From the NCBI RefSeq assembly GCF_046119375.1, contig NW_027362769.1:374852001-374916000 (forward strand): a stretch of DNA of 64,000 nt, given 5' to 3'. The notes below the pieces were generated by a model. That model had not been told where the DNA came from. It saw only the letters and a program-made list of their open reading frames with translations, and searched no databases. Made by a program: the position numbers and the translations under genes. This document shows positions 55,583 through 64,000 of the stretch, one piece after another; the stretch's first letter is position 1; each line of letters opens with the position of its first letter. The stretch is from Phyllobates terribilis (lineage: Eukaryota).

Positions 55583-56169
55583 CTACAATATATACATAGG
55601 CAAATGTGTAACGTTACTGCCATCTGGAGGCTGTACAGGATATTACAGCACTTACGCTGTTTTATGTAATACTAAAAAAAACCCTTATCAAAAATAAAAA
55701 AGTGCAAAAAATAACAAAAAAAAAGAGGAAGAGCATGTGATTTGTGACATAGTAGAAGTGGCCGTCAGGCTGTAAACAAAAGGAAAGTTAATATCTCCAG
55801 AACGGCTAGAAATTTTAATAAGCAATAAATTGCAAAAGTGCTTGTTTTTATAAACACTATCCAAAAAAATATCCAATTATGAAAATGGGAGTAACCCCTT
55901 TAAGTGCATAACTCTTCAATGACAACACCTGGAATATCTTAAAGGGGTTGTCTTATAAAGCAGAAATGTCCAGAAAATCCACTTATGTAATAGTGACTTC
56001 TATATGACTATGTTTTCCAAATTACAGGACTCCACTTAAAAGAACATTCTGCCTGATTACAATGTCTCCGCAAATAGAAGTTTTAGAAGTCATTTTTCAT
56101 CACAAATTCTTAAAAATCATCTGTTTTTTTAGCAAGAATTCTATCTACTCTCTAATAGTTCCATAATAG

Positions 56170-56740
56170 TCAACAGGAAGTGACAGCATTATAACAAGAA
56201 GTGGAGTAATCAAAGCAGGAAGTGCTAGCTATCACAACAGGAAGTGCTGTCATCACAACAGGAAGTACTGTTGTTACAACAGGAAGTGCTTGCTATCACA
56301 ACAGGAAGTGCTTGCTATCACAACAGGAAGTGCTATAATCACAAAATGAAGTGCTATAATCACAACAGGAAATGCAGTCATCACAACAGGAAGTGCTATA
56401 ATCACAAAAGGAAGTGCTATAATCACAACAGGAAATGCAGTCATCACAACAGGAAGTGCTAGCTTTCACAAGAGGAAGTGCTATAATCACAAAAGGAAGT
56501 GCTATAATCACAAAAGGAAGTGTTGTAATCACAACAGGAAGTACTAGCCATCAGAACAGGAAATGTTATATAAATCATAATAGGAAGTGCTATAATCACA
56601 ACAGGAAATACAGTCATCACAACAGGAAGTGCCATAATCACAAAAGGAGGTGCTGTCATCACAACAGGAAGTTCAGTCATCACAACAGGAAGTGCTGTAG
56701 TCACAAAAGAAAGTGCTGTCATCACAGCAGGAAGTGTGGC
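56170..56740. repeat. 21-bp minisatellite, about 27 units
   Basis: TCACAACAGGAAGTGCTATAA units. Confidence 0.92.
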
Positions 56741-58119
56741 AGCCATTTTTATAGGGGTCGTCACCTATTTATTCATAACTCTAACAATGACATATTGTTA
56801 CTTTGTCTATATTGGACCAATATTAATCAAAATTGACATCCAGGAGTCTAGGAAAAACGGGTGACAACTTCCATAACAGCTTTAATGGCTGCTACTTCGC
56901 ATTCTTAGAAGAAGAAACGGTTGTAACAAGAGGAGAATAATTTGGGCCTCTTGTATTATATTCACTGGGGAGTTTTTGATATCAGGTGGAAATGCCCTTT
57001 AAAGGTGTTTTTTGGTGTTTTAAGAAAATAGGCCACAAGGAGGAAGAAGTAGCCCATACTTACCGTTTTATTCTCCCTTGCCTATTTGGTGGTCTCTGTA
57101 GGCCTTGGCTTACTTCCTTCAGTGTTGACATGCCATGTGACCGCTGCAGCCAATCACTGGCAGACGGAACGCAGAGACCATCAGGGACCACCAGAGCAGC
57201 AGTGCTAAATGATAAGCATAGGATACTTCTTTATCTTATACCAAGCTAATGTGGAAGGTTTCCAAAAAATAAAGGAAAACCCCTTTAAGTCGGAAAGTTA
57301 TCCTAGTGTTGAAAACAAATCCAACTCTGCTACGTCTGAGCCACATTCCGGACTTTGCTCCATAGACACGACCTGTTTTTGCTGTGTCTTCTGCACATGT
57401 TGCTATATTGGGCAGCCTCATGTGACAGGTGCGCCCCCTCCCAGCGGAGGTCATGGTGTAAAGCTTATTCCAGCACTTCTCTTTAATTATCTGTTTCCAG
57501 CTGAATCAGGCGGTTCCTCAGTTTTGCGCCTTGTTCTCAGCCTGACAGAGCGACGCTTCCAGCCTCCTCACAGTCTAACTACTCCTCCCAACATACACGG
57601 GTGACAATGCCGCCCCCGTCCTGAATTCATTGCTGGCGTGTCTACTTTAACTCTTAAAGGGTTCCATACCCCTAATGAATGTTTTACATAACAATTTTTA
57701 AAACGTGTGGGGGAAATGGAAGTTTTGGGCCCTTTTTTATACAGCAATTCTAGCAAAAATATAATGTACAAGGGAGCTGCGGAAACCTCTGGGGTGACAG
57801 GAGGCGGATTTGTAGCAGAAATTTTCATACCTGGATTTGAGCAAACTCCATGAATGGGTCAGTCGCAGAACTTTTTACAACAAGTCTGACACATGTGACT
57901 CCAGCCTGAGTACTTTGTGGGTGATTTTGCTGTCTGAGGTCCAATCGCAGGTCACTGTCATGTTGCCCTTTTTGCTGTAATTTTCATGTCGTTGCACACA
58001 AATGCTGAAGTTTAGCTGCAGTTTTTGTGAAAACTCCAACAAGTGTATTAGATGTAGCCCACAATGGACTGTACTAGGTAACTGCATTAGAAATAATTTA
58101 ACCCAACTGAACATCAGTG

Positions 58120-61100
58120 GGATTGTGGAGCTGTGCACCAGTGTATTATGTATCTGCAGGATTGTGGAGCTGTGCACCAGTTTATTATGTATGTGAAAGA
58201 TTGTGGAGCTGTGCACCAGTGTATTATGTATCAGCAGGATTGTGGAGCTGTGCACCAGTGTATTATGTATCAGCAGGATTGTGGAGCTGTGCACCAGTGT
58301 ATTATGTATCAGCAGGATTGTGGAGCTGTGCACCAGTGTATTATGTATCAGCAGGATTGTGGAGCTGTGCACCAGTGTATTATGTATCAGCAGGATTGTG
58401 GAGCTGTGCACCAGTGTATTGTGTATCAGCAGGATTGTGGAGCTCTGCACCAGTGTATTATGTATCAGCAGGATTGTGGAGCTGTGCACCAGTGTATTGT
58501 GTATCAGCAGGAATGTGGAGCTGTGCACCAGTGTATTATGTATCTGCAGGATTGTGGAGCTGTGCACCAGTGTATTATGTATCTGCAGGATTGTGGAGCT
58601 GTACACCAGTGTATTATGTATCAGCAGGATTGTGGAGCTGTGCACCAGTGTATTGTGTATCAGCAGGATTGTGGAGCTGTGCACCAGTGTATTATGTATC
58701 AGCAGGATTGTGGAGCTGCGCACCAGTGTATTATGTATCTGCAGGATTGTGGAGCAGTGCACCAGTGTATTATGTATCTGCAGGATTGCGGAGCAGTGCA
58801 CCAGTGTATTATGTATGTGCAGGATTGTAGAGCTGTGCACCAGTGTATTATGTACTGTATGTGAAAGATTGTGGAGCTGTGCACCAGTGAATTATGTATC
58901 AGCAGGATTGTGGAGCTGTGCACCACTGTATTATGTATGTGAAGGATTGTGGAGCAGTGCACCAGTGTATTATGTATGTGCAGGATTGTAGAGTTGTGCA
59001 CCAGTGTATTATGTATGTGCAGGATTGTGGAGCTGTGCACCAGTGTATTATGTATGTGAAAGATTGTGGAGCTGTGCACCAGTGTATTATGTATCAGCAG
59101 GATTGTGGAGCTGTGCACCAGAGAATTATGTATGTGAAGGGTTGAGGAGCTGTGCACCAGTGTATTATGTATGTGAAAGATTGTGGAGCTGTGCACCAGT
59201 GTATTATGTATCAGCAGGATTGTGGAGCTGTGCACCAGAGAATTATGTATGTGAAGGGTTGTGGAGCTGTGTGCACCAGTGTATTATGTATCAGCAGGAC
59301 TGTGGAGCTGTGCACCAGTGAATTATGTATCAGCAGGATAGTGGAGCTGTGCACCAGTGTATTGTGTATCAGCAGGATTGTGGAGCTGTGTGCACCAGTG
59401 TATTATGTATTTGCAGGATTGTGGAGCTGTGCACCAGTGTATTGTGTATCAGCAGGATTGTGGAGCTGTGTGCACCAGAGTATTATGTATGTGCAGGATT
59501 GTAGAGCTGTGCACCAGTGTATTATGTATGTGCAGGATTGTGGAGCTGTGCACCAGAGTATTATGTATGTGAAGGATTGTGGAGCTGTGCACCAGTGCAT
59601 TATGTATGTGCAGAATTGTGGAGCTGTACACCAGTGTATTATGTATCAGCAGGATTGTGGAGCTGTGCACCAGTGTATTCTGTATCAGCAGGATTGTGTA
59701 GCTGTGCACCAGAGTATTATGTATGTGAAGGGTTGTGGAGCTGTGCACCAGTGTATTATGTATCAGCAGGACTGTGGAGCTGTGCACCAGTGAATTATGT
59801 ATCAGCAGGATTGTGGAGCTGTGCACCAGAGTATTATGTATCTGCAGGATTGTGGAGCTGTGCACCAGTGTATTATGTATGTGCAGGATTGTAGAGCTGT
59901 GCACCAGTGTATTATGTATGTGCAGGATTGTGGAGCTGTACACCAGTGTATTATGTATGTGAAAGATTGTGGAGCTGTGCACCAGTGTATTGTGTATCAG
60001 CAGGATTGTGGAGCTGTGCACCAGTGTATTATGTATCTGCAGGATTGTGGAGCTGTGCACCAGTGTATTATGTATGTGCAGGATTGTGGAGCTGTGCACC
60101 AGTGTATTATGTATGTGCAGGATTGTGGAGCTGTACACCAGTGTATTATGTATCAGCAGGATTGTGGAGCTGTGCACCAGTGTATTCTGTATCTGCAGGA
60201 TTGTGTAGCTGTGCACCAGAGTATTATGTATGTGAAGGATTGTGGAGCTGTGCACCAGTGTATTATGTATCAGCAGGATTGTGGAGCTGTGCACCAGTGT
60301 ATTGAGTATCAGCAGGATTGTGTAGCTGTGCACCAGAGTATTATGTATGTGAAGGGTTGTGGAGCTGTGCACCAGTGTATTATGTATCAGCAGGATTGTG
60401 GAGCTGTGCACCAGTGTATTGTGTATCAGCAGGATTGTGTAGCTGTGCACCAGAGTATTATGTATGTGAAGGATTGTGGAGCTGTGCACCAGTGTATTAT
60501 GTATCAGCAGGACTGTGGAGCTGTGCACCAGTGTATTATGTATCAGCAGAATTGTGGAGCTGTGCACCAGTGAATTATGTATCAGCAGGATTGTGGAGCT
60601 GTGCACCAGTGTATTATGTATCAGCAGGATTGTGGAGCTGTGTGCACCAGTGTATTATGTATCAGCAGGATTGTGGAGCTGTGCACCAGTGTATTATGTA
60701 TCAGCAGAATTGTGGACCTGTGCACCAGTGAATTATGTATCAGCAGGATTGTGGAGCTGTGCACCAGTGTATTATGTATCAGCAGGACTGTGGAGCTGTG
60801 CACCAGTGTATTATGTATCAGCAGGATTGTGGATCTGTGTGCACCAGTGTATTATGTATCAGCAGGATTGTGGAGCTGTGCACCAGTGTATTGTGTATCA
60901 GCAGGATTGTGTAGCTGTTCACCAGAGTATTATGTATGTGAAGGATTGTGTAGCTGTGCACCAGTGTATTATGTATCAGCAGGATTGTGGAGCTGTGCAC
61001 CAGTGTATTATGTATCAGTAGAATTGTGGAGCTGTGCACCAGTGTATTATGTATCAGCAGAATTGTGGAGCTGTGCACCAGTGTACTATGTATGTGAAGG

Positions 61101-64000
61101 ATTGTCGAGCTGTGCACCAGTGAATTATGTATCAGCAGGATTGTGGAGATGTGCACCAGTGAATTATGTATCAGCAGGATTGTGGAGCTGTGCACCAGTG
61201 AATTATGTATCAGCAGGATTGTGGTGCTGTACACCAGTGTATTATGTATCAGCAGAATTGTGGAGCTGTGCACCAGTGTATTATGTATCAGCAGGATTGT
61301 GGAGCTGTGCACCAGTGTATTGTGTATCAGCAGGATTGTGGAGCTGTGCACCAGTGTATTATGTATCTGCAGGATTGTGGAGCTGTGCACCAGTGTATTA
61401 TGTATCTGCAGGATTGTGGAGCTGTACACCAGTGTATTATGTATCAGCAGGATTGTGGAGCTGTGCACCAGTGTATTGTGTATCAGCAGGATTGTGGAGC
61501 TGTGCACCAGTGTATTATGTATCAGCAGGATTGTGGAGCTGTGCACCAGTGTATTATGTATCTGCAGGATTGTGGAGCAGTGCACAAGTGTATTATGTAT
61601 CTGCAGGATTGCGGAGCAGTGCACCAGTGTATTATGTATGTGCAGGATTGTAGAGCTGTGCACCAGTGTATTATGTACTGTATGTGAAAGATTGTGGAGC
61701 TGTGCACCAGTGAATTATGTATCAGCAGGATTGTGGAGCTGTGCACCAGTGTATTATGTATGTGAAGGATTGTGGAGCAGTGCACTAGTGTATTATGTAT
61801 GTGCAGGATTGTAGAGTTGTGCACCAGTGTATTATGTATGTGCAGGATTGTGGAGCTGTGCACCAGTGTATTATGTATGTGAAAGATTGTGGAGCTGTGC
61901 ACCAGTGTATTATGTATCAGCAGGATTGTGGAACTGTGCACCAGAGAATTATGTATGTGAAGGGTTGAGGAGCTGTGCACCAGTGTATTATGTATGTGAA
62001 AGATTGTGGAGCTGTGCACCAGTGTATTATGTATCAGCAGGATTGTGGAGCTGTGCACCAGAGAATTATGTATGTGAAGGGTTGTGGAGCTGTGTGCACC
62101 AGTGTATTATGTATCAGCAGGACTGTGGAGCTGTGCACCAGTGAATTATGTATCAGCAGGATAGTGGAGCTGTGCACCAGTGTATTGTGTATCAGCAGGA
62201 TTGTGGAGCTGTGTGCACCAGTGTATTATGTATTTGCAGGATTGTGGAGCTGTGCACCAGAGTATTATGTATGTGCAGGATTGTAGAGCTGTGCACCAGT
62301 GTATTATGTATGTGCAGGATTGTGGAGCTGTACACCAGTGAATTATGTATCAGCAGGATTGTGGAGCTGTGCACCAGTGAATTATGTATCAGCAGGATTG
62401 TGGAGCTGTGCACCATTGTATTATGTATGTGCAGGATTGTGGAGCTGTGCACCAGTGTATTATGTATGTGCAGGATTGTGGAGCTGTGCACCAGTGTATT
62501 ATGTATGTGCAGGATTGTGGAGCTGTACACCAGTGTATTATGTATCTGCAGGATTGTGTAGCTGTGCACCAGAGTATTATGTATGTGAAGGATTGTGGAG
62601 CTGTGCACCAGTGTATTATGTATGTGCAGAATTGTGGAGCTGTACACCAGTGTATTATGTATCAGCAGGATTGTGGAGCTGTGCACCAGTGTATTCTGTA
62701 TCAGCAGGATTGTGGAGCTGTGCACCAGAGTATTATGTATGTGAAGGGTTGTGGAGCTGTGCACCAGTGTATTATGTATCAGCAGGACTGTGGAGCTGTG
62801 CACCAGTGAATAATGTATCAGCAGGATTGTGGAGCTGTGCACCAGAGTATTATGTATGTGCAGGATTGTAGAGCTGTGCACCAGTGTATTATGTATGTGC
62901 AGGATTGTGGAGCTGTACACCAGTGTATTATGTATGTGAAAGATTGTGGAGCTGTGCACCAGTGTATTGTGTATCAGCAGGATTGTGGAGCTGTGCACCA
63001 GTGTATTATGTATCTGCAGGATTGTGGAGCTGTGCACCAGTGTATTATGTATGTGCAGGATTGTGGACCTGTGCACCAGTGTATTATGTATGTGCAGGAT
63101 TGTGGAGCTGTACACCAGTGTATTATGTATCAGCAGGATTGTGGAGCTGTGCATCAGTGTATTCTGTATCTGCAGGATTGTGTAGCTGTGCACCAGAGTA
63201 TTATGTATGTGAAGGATTGTGGAGCTGTGCACCAGTGTATTATGTATCAGCAGGATTGTGGAGCTGTGCACCAGTGTATTGTGTATCAGCAGGATTGTGT
63301 AGCTGTGCACCAGAGTATTATGTATGTGAAGGGTTGTGGAGCTGTGCACCAGTGTATTATGTATCAGCAGGATTGTGGAGCTGTGCACCAGTGTATTGTG
63401 TATCAGCAGGATTGTGTAGCTGTGCACCAGAGTATTATGTATGTGAAGGATTGTGGAGCTGTGCACCAGTGTATTATGTATCAGTAGGACTGTGGAGCTG
63501 TGCACCAGTGTATTATGTATCAGCAGAATTGTGGAGCTGTGCACCAGTGTATTATGTATCAGCAGAATTGTGGAGCTGTGCACCAGTGAATTATGTATCA
63601 GCAGGATTGTGGAGCTGTGCACCAGTGTATTATGTATCAGCAGGATTGTGGAGCTGTGTGCACCAGTGTATTATGTATCAGCAGGATTGTGGAACTGTGC
63701 ACCAGTGTATTATGTATCAGCAGAATTGTGGACCTGTGCACCAGTGAATTATGTATCAGCAGGATTGTGGAGCTGTGCACCAGTGTATTATGTATCAGCA
63801 GGACTGTGGAGCTGTGCACCAGTGTATTATGTATCAGCAGGATTGTGGATCTGTGTGCACCAGTGTATTATGTATCAGCAGGATTGTGGAGCTGTGCACC
63901 AGTGTATTGTGTATCAGCAGGATTGTGCAGCTGTGCACCAGAGTATTATGTATGTGAAGGATTGTTTAGCTGTGCACCAGTGTATTATGTATCAGCAGGA
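58120..64000. repeat. 39-bp satellite array running off the window end, with about 2.8-3.0-kb higher-order repeat
   Basis: GGATTGTGGAGCTGTGCACCAGTGTATTATGTATCAGCA; rare variants recur at offsets of 2823 and 3016 bp. Confidence 0.98.

Noticed and set aside
57875-63957. Many long ORFs (up to 476 aa) in several frames
   Set aside because: Translations of the 39-bp satellite (13-codon unit lacking stops); no coding evidence.

Overview
Repeat-rich vertebrate genomic DNA, most likely a frog (inferred from protein sequences and TE repertoire). I could splice five protein-coding genes by eye: RNF151 (-, 212 aa), RPS2 (+, 281 aa), NDUFB10 (-, 178 aa), RPL3L (+, 407 aa) and the 3' four coding exons of a TEX2-like gene (-). 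Gene order matches the human RNF151-SNHG9-RPS2-NDUFB10-RPL3L block as I recall it. A compact bidirectional promoter appears to drive RPS2 and an SNHG9-like snoRNA host carrying a SNORA78-like H/ACA RNA; RPS2 introns hold two SNORA10/64-family RNAs. The rest is transposons and tandem repeats, ending in a 39-bp satellite with higher-order structure. The strongest novelty candidate is a young non-autonomous LTR retroelement (33797-38475; about 99% identical LTRs, CCAT TSD, tRNA-Ser PBS, PPT). Its only ORF has no recognisable gag/pol motifs but encodes a Y-box-like cold-shock domain, and it is nested in a solo LTR of its own family inside a hAT element. Also notable: an open DD35E transposase ORF directly downstream of exon 2 of the snoRNA host, and a 946-bp spacerless palindrome in RPS2 intron 2. 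All calls are manual; no database search was run.
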